Positions 51,263 to 64,000 of a DNA stretch of 64,000 nt are shown here, piece by piece. The translations under genes and the position numbers were made by a program. The stretch's first letter is position 1. Each line of letters begins with the position of its first letter. The stretch comes from Mobula hypostoma (taxonomy: Eukaryota), in NCBI RefSeq assembly GCF_963921235.1, contig NC_086097.1, positions 165,976,001 to 166,040,000 on the forward strand, written 5' to 3'. Under the pieces are notes generated by a model, which was not told the origin of the DNA, ran no database searches, and was given only the letters and a program-made list of their open reading frames with translations.

Positions 51263-54200
51263 GGTATGTAAATAATATGAATTGTTAAACTCCAAGGTTA
51301 AAAATCAGACCAATATATACATTAAAAGAAATTAGTCCAGGGCCATATCTACTTAAACATATTAAAGTACATTTTATAATCCTCCTCCAGTCTTTTAATT
51401 TTTGCATTATATTGTTATGAAGAACATACTGTTGAACTGTTAAAATATTTAGTGTATCTCATTTTCACCTCCTGTATTAAGTGCTATTAGCAGGAAAGTG
51501 GCCAAATAAATCCATTCTACACTTCTATATTAAAGTTTGTATCTAGCATATGTCTGATTTCAAAGTGTTCAATTTTGTGTTGAAAATATTATAATGGGAA
51601 ATAATATCTATTTTGCTTGTCAAATGAAGTTCAATGGCTCTTGCAGTTGATAAACTGAGCATACCAGTTTGCAGTGACAATTACCTGGATTTGTCTATTT
51701 AGACGATGCTATTTCGCAGGTTAACTGCTAGCTATACTGCCATATTTTACATTAAGTACCTTGCATGTGGAAATGGGGCTCGGCTAATTGCTTACTTGAT
51801 GTACAACATTTTTGTCCACATATTATTGGGAATGAGATTACACTGAGTTTTATAATACAGAATTACTTCATAATGGTGAGCTCTCACTTGCTGTGTCTAA
51901 GGACAATCCCTGTTGCTGGGAAATGTCATGTATTTTTGCTGCCTCTTAAAGCACAGAATAGGGAAGACGATAAACAATAGAATGGATATCTGCCTGTCTG
52001 CAAGATCCTAAGCAGAAAGCAAGGATAAAGATATAGAGCGGAAGGTGAGATTCCACAAACTGGTTTTCTTAGCAGATTGTTTTAATTCTTTAAAATTTGG
52101 AATCAAAAACAAGTTTTTAAAAATATGGAAATGGCGCAAAACTGTGAGAGAAGATTATCAACACTGAAAAGACAAAGTATAAGAAACAATTGGTTCCACA
52201 GAATGTGCATATACTGTACTTTATTTGGCTAATGCAAGTTAAGGGTGTGAAATACTAAAATTCAGAAAATAGAGGACTGCATATAATGGAGAATAAGGAT
52301 CTAACTGGGGTGATCTAAAAAGGAATCAGAGAGTCCAAGTATACAAATCAACTGTGGTCACAGCACATATTAATCAAGCCAGGAAACTGAACCCAATACT
52401 TAGAAAATTTAAAAAAAACACTGCAGGTGCTGGCAATTAATAGTCAAAGGGTCAATAGGTCAATAAGTACATTTACAGTCAGAGAAATGTATACAATATA
52501 CATCCTGAAATTCTTTTTCTTTACAAACATCCACAAAACAGAGGAGTGCTCCAAAGAATGAATGACAGTTAAACCCCAAAGCCCCCCAGCTCCCCCCTCC
52601 CATGCACAAGCAGCAGCAAGGCAACAACCCCCTGCACCAGCAAAAAAGTGTCAGCACTCAAGCGTGCAGCAAAGCATCAATAAAGGCACAGACTTGCACT
52701 ACTCCAAATCTACTCGTTCACCCGGTCACTCGACATACCACAGGCTCTTTCTCTCTCCCTAATAAGGGAAAAAGAGGTGTCCCCATTTCACAGCGAGAGG
52801 GGAGACATAACAAACAACTCGCTGATTTACAATGTTAGAAGTCTGTGCGCGCTTTTTCCGAGCTCTGCGCCCAGAAAGTCGGCACCAAAAAGGTGCAGCT
52901 CTCCAGGTACACAACTCCCAGCAACTGACCCCCTGCTCTCGATGTTCCGTGTTCTCTCATAACGCTTCAGTCAGGGGCACCGGCCTAGAATCAGCACGTC
53001 CCCAGAGACACAGAACCGTGAAAGGTGCGATCGCCTTCCAGGCCGCATTCTTGGGATATCAAAACACATTTGGTTGTGAGGCCCTGAGAGCGGATCCTAT
53101 TCCCACAAAGAACCAAAGTCAGAGTGTAACTCCAGGTCAGGGTTCAAAAGAATCTTGAAAAGGAAAAAAAGAGGGATCAAAGATAGAGATAGAGCTGTTT
53201 CTGAAGATGCAAGCAAAGTAGTCGTCATTTAGTGCCATCTTGACTTTGCCCCACTCCTCAAGGACCCTACATGCCTGGATCTTCTCTCTACTTCCCCTCC
53301 TGCAGGAGAGAAGATACCAAAGGCTGAAAGCATGTACCACCAGGCTCAAGGATAGCTTTGACTCTACTGCTATCAAATGCATGAATGGATGACAGCATAC
53401 AATAAGATGGATTCTTGACCTCACAATCTACTTCCTTATGTTCTTGTACTTTATTATTTACCTGCACTGCACTTTCGCTGCAACTTTTACATTTTATTCT
53501 GTGCTGTTATTTGTTTTGCCTTCTTCTACCTCAGCACACTACGTAATGATTCGATCGATATAAGCAGTATGCAGGACAAGCTTTTCACTCTACCTTGGTA
53601 TGTGGCAGTAATATACCAATATGAAACTAAGGCTAGCCACAAGCATCTATTACAAGCCCACAGACTCCCATGAGTATCTTGACAATACTTACTTCCTCCA
53701 TTCCATTCTCTCAGTTCATCTGTCTCCATTGCGTTGCCATGACGATGCGGTCTCTCGCAAAGTGTCTGCTCCATAGTGCTGTATTCACTCTATGAGAAAT
53801 GGCAATTAACTATCTGTCTTGATATTGTGGTCTCTAGCACTGGACTTGAATTCTTAACTTTCTCACCAGATGTGGGGTGACATTACTTATTGAAGACCAT
53901 TTCAAAAACAGAGCCAATGATTACATCTCTGAATTATCAGCAGCTTAATATAATAGAGATGAAAATATGTAATGTAGAAGAGTCACAGTGCCAGTATGAA
54001 AGCAGATAATGAATATAGACAAAAATAACAACTGTGTTTGACAGAAGTGGAGTCTTTATCAACTAACAGAAGTCCTTGCTAAGTCCATTTAGAAATGAAA
54101 ACACATGATGCTAGTTTACATTCTGTAAGGATTGAACACAGTTGGAAATGTAGACTCAGGAGACTGCAGATGCTGGAATCCAGTGCAAGAAAAAAACTAT

Positions 54201-55944
54201 TACAGGAGCTCATTGATTCAAGCGGCGTCAGTGGTGGAAGGGGAATTGTCGACATTTTGGGTCAAAACCCTGCATCAAGTCCTTGTTTAGGAAAAGCTCT
54301 CACTGAAGAAACTGCCAAGTCAGATTGAATGAGAGCAGCATCGTGATCTGTTGCCTGATACAAATGAAAGTGCTGCAACTTGTTTTAGAACACAGGGAGG
54401 CATAAAGTGAAACCAGTAATGAAACAATGGTGCTACTAGCAGAGCTGCTACTTCACAGCTCCGGTGGCCTGTGTTTGATGCTGATATCAGGTACTGTCGA
54501 CGTGGAGTTGACTGTGAATTTCTGAGTACTCCTGTTTGCTCCCACATTCCAGAACGTCTGGGTTAGTCATTCTGAGTTGTACGTAAGTGATAGAATCTGG
54601 GTGAAGTTGACGCAAGTGTGAGGAAACAAAAATGGATGAGTAAAGGAATCTTAAAAGGCTATTGATGGTTAGTATGAACTTAAAGGATGAAAGTGTATGT
54701 TTCTCTGCTGTGTAACTCTGTGACAATACGTATCATTGCTAATACATTTTAATTTTTTTAAAATCCCAAGGCTGGATCAATTGGAATGGAGTATCATGAT
54801 TTTTAGTTAGCTAAAGGAAAACTACTGGAGAAACTCAGTTGGTCAGGAAATCTGGTGTAAGGTCTTAACCTGAAACCTCAGTCATCCCTCTGCCTCCATA
54901 GATGCTGCCTGGCCCACTGAGCATCTTCAGCAGTTTGAGTTTTGCTCCAGATTTCAGCATCTGCCGAATCTTGTGCTTTAGTTAGACTCATTCATTTTCC
55001 AATATCAGAACCATTTGTCCTAAAATTGGTGGAAGCTGATAATGGTCACTGAGGGGAGCAAAGTGTCTGATTTGGGTGAACAATGAGACAAAGATGTTGA
55101 AAATAAAGAACTGTGAAATAAGCTAGGGGAGGACTGAGATGGAGGTCGAATTACACTGAGTGAATTCATTGTCAAATCAGGCACAGAAAGAGTAATAAGG
55201 AGAATGAAAGAAGATTAGGAAAGGATAGATGAATGTAATATAAACATATGATATTTAAAAAAATTAATGAGTTCTAAACAATTCATAACCCAGAGAGTTA
55301 GGGCCGTTAGTCTGGGTAACAGCTTCTTGCCCCAGGCTGTGAGTCTTCTAAACATCCTGCTACCACCAGTACACCTTAGTAGGACACTGACGCCCTGACG
55401 AAGGGTCTCGGCCTGAAACGTCGACTGTACCTCTTCCTAGAGATGCTGCCTGGCCTGCTGCGCTCACCAGCATTTTTTTATGTGTGTTGCTTGTATCACC
55501 TACTGTTACCTTTGTCAAGCGTATTAAAAATATGATGTACTTTTGAGTTTGTGAGTCCTTACTATGTGTGTCTCTATAATGTTCACTTGTTGTGCTAAAT
55601 AAAGACTTTTATCGCAGCATTTTCAGTGTCTCCCCAGCGACTTTGTTCACAGTTACAACAGTACTGCAGTGATGCTGTAATTACCGAATAAACTTGTTTT
55701 AGAAAATAGGAAAAAATAAGATTACTGGGACTCTAGCTGTTTACATCATGAGAAAAATACATAGAGTTGTTAAAAATAATCCCCTCATTAAGAGAGTACT
55801 AAGGCTGATAATCTCCATCCTTATCTTTCTGGCATTGAGTTTAGAGGGCAAGTTATGCTCAGTTATGAAAATCACAGAAAGGCTGAGGACAAAATGATAT
55901 CTGAGATGGGCAGCTTGAGTAGATTGTGTATTTTTTCTCCCTTT

Positions 55945-56457
55945 TAAGAACATAAGAAATAGGAGCAGGAGTAGGCCATCCGGCCCATTGAGCCTGCCCC
56001 ACCATTCAATAAGATCATGGCTGATCTGTTGGTAAACTCAGCTCCATCTACCTGCCTTTTCCCCATAACCCTTAATTCCCTTACTTTGTAAAAACCTATC
56101 TAACTGTATCTTAAATGTATTTAGTTAAGAAGCCTCAATGGCTTCCCTGGGCAGAGAATTCCACAGATTCACCACTCTGTGGGAAAAACAGTTTCTCCTC
56201 ATCTCCATCCTAAATCTTCTCCCTTGAGTCTTGAGGCAATGTCCCCTGGTTCTAGTCTCACCTACCAATGGAAACAACTTTCCTACTTCTATCTTATCTA
56301 TCCCTTTCAAAATTTTATATGTTTCTATAAGATCCCCTCTCATTCTTCTGAATTCCAGAGAGTGTAGTACCAGGTGACTCAACCTCTCCTCATAGGTTAA
56401 CCCCTTCGTCCCTGGAATCAACCTGGTGAACCTCCTCTGTACTGCCTCCAAAGCCAG
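55945..56457 (-). mobile_element. CR1 LINE 3' fragment
   Basis: ALEAVQRRFTRLIPG...RRMRGDLIETYKILKG...RVVNLWNSLP with a TTCTTATG-type tail. Confidence 0.9.
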
Positions 56458-58238
56458 TTTGCTCGGTTGTTGTTTCATTTGTTCGTTAATTAAGACCTTC
56501 ATTGTTCAATTACTGGATTTTATTTTCATCAAGATAATGACATTATTAAGAAGCCTTTGATTATGAGCCAAATGATGACAAATTATGAGGCACTCATGTG
56601 GGATGCCATGGCAGTGTAGCAGTTAGCACGATGCTATTACAGCTAGAGGCGTCAGAGATCAGAGTTCAGTTCCAGTGTCTCCTGTAAGCAAGTTTGTAAT
56701 TTCCTTCCCGTGGTCGCATAGTATTCTTCTCACTGTCCAAAGGTGTACTTGCTAGAAGTGGTAATGTAATAGTCATTGCAAATTGTCCTGTGATTAATGT
56801 TAGGGAAATTTATTTGCTAATGAAATTCGATTAAAGTTGATTGCAAGTAAATTAGACATGGACTTCGAAGTAAAGGGAGCTTTGTTCACGATATCATGTG
56901 GAGTGGAACCTCTAACAGTGGGTTTCGAATTCCAAATAGTAGATAGATACAGAGAGCATGGTTCCTTTTATGCATGTAGAAATCAATAGCAAAAGCAAAG
57001 GCTGTTCGATTAACCTTGTGAATTAGAAAAGATAAGCCCGGTTCACATGCAGTTCTCTTGTGATCAACTATACCCACAGCAACAGCCAAAAATTAAGAAT
57101 TCATTCCTGTGTACAACTTTGTATTAACAAACAGTTCGTCTCATATCCCTGATTCTAATTCTTACAAGATAAGCAACTGCAAGAATTTATTCTAAGAGTC
57201 GCCTCTGCTGAAAGCCAAGGCCATATCTATAACAAACTAAGCTGCGTTGGTTTCCATACTTAAAAAGTCAATATTAACCCTTTGTCTATTAAAATCTTTA
57301 ACTCACAATATTTTCCTCCACAATTAGGCGAGGGTTAAATCGGTGGGTTTCTGGGTGGTGAGGCTCAGTGGCCTGGAAGGGCTTATTCTGTGCTGTATCT
57401 TTAAATAGAAATTATTATGACATTTGAAAAGAAATACATTCTGAATGCAGAATCAGCAACAAATAGGCTTACTCTGCATGTCTGGTGTTAACTTTAAAAT
57501 AAAATGTTTGTCAGAGCTCAAACATAGAACAGTGCAGGCAGGGACAGACTCTATAACCCACCAGCTTTATACCAAATGTAATGCCACTTTAACTTTTCTT
57601 ATCTGACTGCATATGTTCCCGACCCTTCTATTTCCTGTCTGTTCATGTATCTGCCTAAATGCCTCTTAAATGTTGCTATTGTATCTGCTCCCTTGGCAGC
57701 GAGCTCCGGGCACTATTCCAGCTGAAACAGCTTGTGGTGTAAAGAATTTAACCTGTTCCTGATCAAGTGGTTAGCTGCAATAAAGACATGATAGAATCTC
57801 AATAGTCTCTTTTGTCCTATAAAATACAAACCAATAAGCTACATTTTTCCTTTCCTTTTAATATTAGGGCTTGGGTGTAATTAAGATTACAATTTGCCAT
57901 AAGCTTTTGTTCAAAATAATCTTTGTAAGTAAAATATGGCTCCGCACTTTAATCATATCACCACTGTATGTGCTATGTATCAACCAGGAAGACTCCAGGA
58001 TGATTGCAGGTCAATGCTAAATTAGTTAATTCCACCTGTGGATGGCACACCTAATGAGCCTGAATATTGCTGTGTTTGAGAGGGTAAAAACTGTGAGATT
58101 TCCTCTGATTGCTGTCTGTACAATGATCCCTACCAGAACGTAAACAACAGGAATTCTGCAGATGCTGGAAATTCAAGCAACATACAATTAAAGTTGCTGG
58201 TGAACGCAGCAGGCCAAGCAGCATCTATAGGAAGAGGC

Positions 58239-58278
58239 GCAGTCGACGTTTCAGGCCGAGACCCTTCGTCAGGACTGC
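58239..58278 (-). ncRNA. Putative minimal type-I hammerhead ribozyme
   Basis: Minus strand reads GCAGUC-CUGACGA-AGGGUCUCGGCCU-GAAAC-GUC-GACUGC: 6-bp stem I, conserved CUGANGA/GAAA core, short stem II, GUC triplet and palindromic ACGU in place of stem III. Confidence 0.72.
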
Positions 58279-58281
58279 TCA

Positions 58282-58317
58282 AGTCCTGACGAAGGGTCTC
58301 GGCCTGAAACGTTGACT
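58282..58317 (+). ncRNA. Putative minimal type-I hammerhead ribozyme
   Basis: AGUC-CUGACGA-AGGGUCUCGGCCU-GAAAC-GUU-GACU: 4-bp stem I, intact core, GUU (NUH) triplet and palindromic AACGUU. Confidence 0.65.
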
Positions 58318-58496
58318 GCGCCTCTTCCTATAGATGCTGCCTGGCCTGCTGCGTTCACCAGCAACTTTGATGTATGTTCCTACCAGAACGTATGTGAGTT
58401 TGGGGTAGGGTCGCATTAGACTTGAATATGATACTGTGCAGTGGGAAATAGTCACTGATAGTCATCACACAACACCATATATGAAGAATGGCTGAT

Positions 58497-59330
58497 AGAA
58501 TCAGAATCAAAATCAGAATCCGGTTTAATATCAGGGGCTTACATCGTGAAGTTTGTTAGCTTTATGGCAACAGTACAATGAAATACATGATAAATAAATA
58601 GAGAAAAAATGAATTATATTAAGTTTATATATGACTTTTAAATAGGCAAAATAAGCAGTGCAAAAACAGAACTAAAAAAGTAGTGAGGTAGTGTTCATGG
58701 GTTCAATGTCCATTCAGAAATCAGATGGCACAGGGGAAGAAGCTGTTCCTGAATCGCTGAGTGTGTGCTTTCAGGCTTCTGTATCTCCTTCCTGACGGTA
58801 ATAGTCTGAAGTGGGCATATCCTGGGTGACGGGGATCCTTAATGATGGACGCTTCCCAAGGCACTGCTCCTTGAAGATGAATTTTATACTACGGAGGCTA
58901 GTACCCATGTTGGAGAGACCCAATTTTCACAAGTTTCTGCAACTTACTTCGATCTTGTACAGTAGCACCCCCCACCCCCTTGCGAGACAGTGATGCACCA
59001 GTCAGAATGCTCTCCAGGATACACTTGTAGAAGTTATCAAGTGTTTTAAATGGCAAACCAAATTTCCTCAAACTCCTAATGAGATATAGCCGCCATCTTG
59101 CCTTCATTACAGCTGCATCAATATGTTGTGCCCAGGTTAGGTCCTCAGAAATAATGACACCCAGGAACTTGAAATTGCTCACTCTTTCCACTTCTGATCC
59201 CTCTGTGAGGACTGGTTTGTGTTCACTCATCTTACCCTTCTTTAGTCCACAATCAGCTCTTCGGTCTTGCTGATGTTGAGTGCAAGGTTGTTGCTGTGAC
59301 ACAACTCAGCTACCGGTATATCTTGCTCAC
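58497..59330 (-). mobile_element. Rex1/Babar-like LINE 3' fragment
   Basis: VERVSNFKFLGVIISEDLTWAQHI...RLYLIRSLRKFG with an (ATTCTG)n tail, seen as agaatcagaatc at ~58497. Confidence 0.8.
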
Positions 59331-59589
59331 AATGGGTAAAACACTTGTGCATTGTAGGTGATAATGGAATCATTTCCCAACATGAGTCCCACTATCATAA
59401 GTGGCAAATAGGGAGGAAGGGTGAAAGAGAGGGAAGAAGAAATTGAAGAGGATGCAAGAGCATAAGATAAAGCAGTAGAGTAGGTCGATTGGCCAACTCT
59501 GCTCCACCAATCAATCAATGCTGATTTTGTGCCTTAACCGCATTCTTCTTCCTTTTCCCTGTAACCTGAACTCCATTACCACCCAACAA

Positions 59590-61798
59590 CCAAAGCTCCT
59601 GTGGGAGGCGAGGGAGGAGATTGCTGAGCCTCTAGTAATGTTCTTTGCATTATCAATGGGGACAGGAGAGGTTCCGGAGGATTGGAGGGTTGCAGATGTT
59701 GTTTCATTATTCAAGAAAAAATGTGGAGATAGCCCAGGAAATTATAGACTGGTGAGACTTACTTCAGTAGTTGGTAAGTTGATGGAGAAGATCCTGAGGG
59801 GAAGGATATATGAACATTTGGAGAGGTATAATATGATTAGGTATAGTCAGCATGCCTTTGTGAAAGGCAGGTCGTGCCTTGCAAGGCTGATTGAATTTTT
59901 TGAGGATGTGACTAAACACGTTGATGAAGGAAGAGCAGTAGATGTAGTGTATATGGATTTCAGCAAGGCATTTGACAAGGTACTCTATACAAGGCTTATT
60001 GAGAAAGTAAGGAGGCATGGGATCCAAGGGGACATTGTTTTGTGGATCCAGAACTGGCTTGCCCACAGAAGCTAAAGAGTGGTTGTAGACGGATCATATT
60101 CTGCATGGAGGTCGGCGACCAGTGGTGTGCCTCAGGGATCTGTTCTGGGACCCTTACTCTTTGTGATTTTTATAAACTACCTGGATGAAGAAGTGGAGAG
60201 ATGGGTTAGTAATTTTGCTGATGACACAAATGTTGGGGATGTTGTGGATAGTGTGGAGGGTTGTGAGAGGTTACAGTGGGACATTGATAGGATACAAAAC
60301 TAGGCTGAGAAGTGGCAGATGGAGTTCAACCCAGATAAGTGTGAGGTAGTTTATTCTGATAGGTCAAATATGATGGCAGAATATAGTATTAATGGTAAAA
60401 CTCTTGGCAGTGTGAAGGATCAGAGGGATCTTGGTGTCTGAATCCATAGGACACTTAAAGCTGGTGCGCAGGTTGTCTCTGTGGTTAAGAAAGTATACGG
60501 TGCATTGTCCTTCATCAATCGTGGGATTGAGTTTAGGAGCCGAGAGGTAATGTTAGACAATAGAAAATGGACAATAGGTGCAGGAGTAGGCCATTCAGCC
60601 CTTCAAGCCAGCACCACCATTCACTGTGATCATGGCTGATCATCCACAATCAGTACCCTGTTCCTGCCTTCTCCCCATATCCCTTGACTCCACTATCATT
60701 AAGAGCTCTATCTAACTCTTTCTTGAAAGCATCCAGAGAATTGGCCTCCACTGCCTTCTGAGGCAGAGCATTCCACAGATCCACAGCTCTCTGGGTGAAA
60801 AAGTTTTTCCTCAGCTCCATTCTAAATGGCCTACCCCTTATTCTCAAATTGTAGCCTCTGGTTCTGGACTCCCCCAACATCAGGAACATATTTCCTGCCT
60901 CTAGCATGTCCAATCCCTTAATAATCTTATATGTTTCAATAAGATCCCCTCTCATCCTTCTAAATTTCAGTGTATACAAGCCCAGTCGCTCCAAGTTTTC
61001 AACATATGACAGTCCCGCCATCCCGGGAATTAACCTCGTGAACCTTCACTGCACTCCCTCAATAGCAAGAATGTCCTTCCTCAAATTTGGAGACCAAACC
61101 TGTACACAATACTCCAGGTGTGGTCTCACCAGGGCCCTGTACAACTGCAGAAGAACCTCTTTGCTCCTATACTCAACTCCCCTTGTTATGAAGGCCAACA
61201 TGTCATTAGCTTTCTTTGTTGCAGCTATATAGAACCCTGGTCAGACCCCACTTGGATTACTGTGCTCAGTTCTGTTCGCCTCACTATAGGAAGGATGTGG
61301 AAACCATAGAAAGGGTGCAGAGGAGATTTACAAGGATGTTGCCTGGATTGGAAAGCATGCCTATGAGAATAGGTTGAGTGAATTCTGCCTTTTTTCCTTG
61401 GAGCGATGGAGGATGAGAGGAGACCTGATGGAGGTGTATAAGATGATGAGAAGCATTGATCGTGTGGATAATCAGAGACTTTTTCCCAGGGCTGAAATGG
61501 CTAGTATGAGAGGGCACAGTTTTAAGGTGCTTGGAAGTAGGTGCAGAGGAGATGTCAGGGGTAAGTTTTTTACACTGAGAGTGGTGAGTGCGTGGAATGG
61601 GCTGCCAGCGACTGTGGTGGAGGCAGATACGATAGGGTCTTTTAAGAGACTCCTGGACAGGTACATGTAGCTCAGAAAAAAAGAGGGCTATGGATAACCC
61701 TAGGTAATTTCTAAGGTAAGGACATGCTCGGCACAGCTTTGTGGGCCAAAGGGCCTGTATTGTGCTGTAGGTTTTCTATGCTTCTATTTCTATTCTAT
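59590..61798 (+). mobile_element. CR1 LINE (same subfamily as 44410-47945) interrupted by an antisense CR1
   Basis: DFSKAFDKV, PQGSVLGP and NFADD motifs; closely similar to 46430-47940; (TTCTA)n tail. Confidence 0.92.
60555..61215 (-). mobile_element. Nested antisense CR1 3' fragment
   Basis: GLSYVENLERLGLYTLKFRRMRGDLIETYK...DLWNALP. It splits the host sequence GAGGTAATGTT|GCAGCTATAT, with a short TGTT duplication. Confidence 0.88.
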
Positions 61799-63564
61799 GA
61801 GCGGTGAATGGAGCTAAGCAAGCGTTACTACTAAAATGGAATAAAACTTCATCAACTACTGTCCACTGTGTATGTGATATGAGGCAGAGGGTCAGGAATG
61901 GAGAAGTGTACATTTCCATTTAACACCATATTGAGAGGGTAGTGGAAATATGATCTGATATTGGAAACAGGTGGACCAAATATATAGCGACTTGGATAGC
62001 TAAAAGAATTTAACAGAGATGAATGCAAGATATTAAGATTGGGAATGAAAATAATCAGAATTTTATGCTGGGAGAGTTGCTGAATCCAAAAGCAAAATTG
62101 GAATCACAACCAGAAAGCAAAATCTGGAGCTATTTAGCTAGAAGTAACAGAAAGTCACCTGATATCATAAACACACGGGATTCTGCATATGCTGGAAATC
62201 CAGAGTAACACATACAAAGTGCTGGAGGAATTCAGTAGGTTGGGCAGCATCAATGGAAAGGAATAAACAGTTAAATTCTTGGCCCAAGGCCCTTTATCAG
62301 GACCTGAAACTGCCTGACCTGCTGAGTTCCTCCAGCATTTTGTATGGTTCCTTTGCTATGATAATGTGTTTGAAAATATACATATATGTCTGCACCTACA
62401 GTACGAGATATAATCCTGCACAGAGAATTGCAAAGGAGGATATAAACAGAATGGGAAATATTAACAGACTGATGCCCAGCTTAACAACACTCAAAGAAGA
62501 GATTGAAGCCTTCAGTGTGTATTGTTTTGAAAAGAAGCATCAGCAAATACAGTACATTTATCATTATTTTAAGCTTTAATAGTCTGGGTTCATTGAAACC
62601 CAGTTACAGAGAAAACAGACATTCTTGAAACAGAGATCTGAGGCTTTGAGGAATGAAAGTCGAGAATGTGCGGAATGTAAATCAAATAGCGTAGAACTTG
62701 ATAGATTATTTAAACCAATATGCAGTTGATAGGAAGAGAAAATCTGCAGATGCTGGAAATCCAAGCAACACACACAAAATGCTGGAGGAACTCAGCAGGC
62801 CAGGCAGCATCTATGGAAAAGAGTAAACAGTCGACACAGGACAAATCCAATCCAATCCACTGTCCAATCAGTCTATTCTCAATCATCATCAAAATGATGG
62901 AAATGGCTCATCAACAGGGAAATCAAACGGACATACTCACCAATAACCAAAAATATCAGGATTACCCTGCTTGCAGACCGAATCACAGCCTTGGTTCAGA
63001 CATAGACCTAGGAACTAAAGTCCAGAGGTGATGTGAGTGTGACTGCCCTTGACATCAAAGAAGTACTCCACAGTGTGTGGCATCTTGAAAGCCTAGACTG
63101 AAGTCAGTGGGCACCATAGATAAACACTCCAATGAATGGAGTCATATCACACACAGAGGAAAGTGGTTGTGTTTAATAGAGGTAAGTCATTCCAGCCGCT
63201 GGACATCATTGCAGGAGTGCCTTAGGATGTTGTCCTAGATTCAGCTGTTCCACTACTGACATTTCTTTTATCATAAAATCAGAATTAGGGATATTAGCTG
63301 GTGCTTTTGTTCAGTTCTATCCCCAACTTCTCAATAAATGAAACAGCCACTGTCTGAATGCAACATGACCAAGACAGTCTCTCCTAGAATGTGTGCAAGA
63401 CTAGACAAACTCAGGCATGGGATGATAAGTGTCAAGTGACCGTCTTCAAGGGTGAGCCCAGCCACTTGTCATCTTCAGTTACCATGAAGCAAATGGATCA
63501 ACCACATAAATCCTTCTCAGCCACTAAGGAAAATCTGCTTCTCCTCTGGTCTTGTGAGTTTTGA

Positions 63565-63990
63565 GCTCATAGAGTCATAGAACATTACAACACAGAAACA
63601 GGGCCTTCTGCCCACCCAATCTGTGCAGAACCATTATTCTACCTAGTCCCATCGAACTGCATCTGGACTATAGCCCTTCATACTCCTCCCATCCATGTAC
63701 CTTATCCAAATTTCAATTAAATATTGAAATCGACCCTGCATCCAACACCTGCGCTGCCAGCTCATTCCATACTCTCACCATTCTCTGAGTGAAAAAGCTC
63801 CCCCTCATGTTCCCCTTAAACATTTCACCTTTCACCCTTAACCTATGACCTCTAGTCGTCATCTCAGTGGAAAAAGGCTGCTTGTATTTACCCTATCTAT
63901 TCCCCTCATAATTTTGTATACCCTGTCAAATCTCCCCTCAGTCTTCCACATTTTAGGGAATAAGGTCCTCAAGTCCTGGCAACATCCTTG
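63565..63990 (-). mobile_element. CR1 LINE 3' fragment
   Basis: Reverse complement of a CR1 3' end (aggggagatttgacagggtatacaaaattatgagggg; gagagtatggaatgagctg) with a (GACTCTAT)-type tail. Confidence 0.75.
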
Positions 63991-64000
63991 TACGTATTCA

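Larger units (their letters stand above)
58143..58378. mobile_element. Young Penelope-derived fold-back element, 14-bp TSD, two hammerhead motifs
   Basis: TSD CCTACCAGAACGTA at 58129-58142 and 58379-58392. Arms ~58179-58276 and 58282-58378 surround a 5-nt loop GCTCA. Confidence 0.88.

Noticed and set aside
58179..58378. Hairpin as a microRNA gene
   Set aside because: The arms are a dispersed TE family with a TSD; no evidence of precise processing is available from sequence alone.

Overview
Vertebrate genomic DNA. The repeat repertoire (V-SINE/HE1-like SINEs, abundant CR1, Rex1/Babar, Penelope) suggests a cartilaginous fish, probably a ray; this is inference. The only host gene I can support is the 5' part of an APCDD1-family gene (Wnt inhibitor) on the minus strand: coding exons 1-3 at 21239-21302, 9027-9207 and 4911-5442, with GT-AG junctions in compatible phases. 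The remaining exons should lie left of the window. A CpG-rich region with clustered TCF/LEF motifs surrounds exon 1. The ~42 kb upstream has no recognisable host gene and is filled with decayed and nested transposons: CR1 (one with an SGNH-esterase ORF1), Rex1/Babar, RTE, Penelope, Tc1, a mariner-derived palindrome and a solo LTR. The most interesting non-gene signal is a family of short Penelope-3'-derived repeats carrying a minimal type-I hammerhead ribozyme motif (CUGAcGA...GAAACGUH with AGUC/GACU stem I). Several copies are fold-back insertions, two with 13-14 bp target-site duplications, and the copy at 58143-58378 has an apparently intact hammerhead on each strand. All family calls come from motif recognition by eye; no searches were run and TE boundaries are approximate unless a TSD is quoted.
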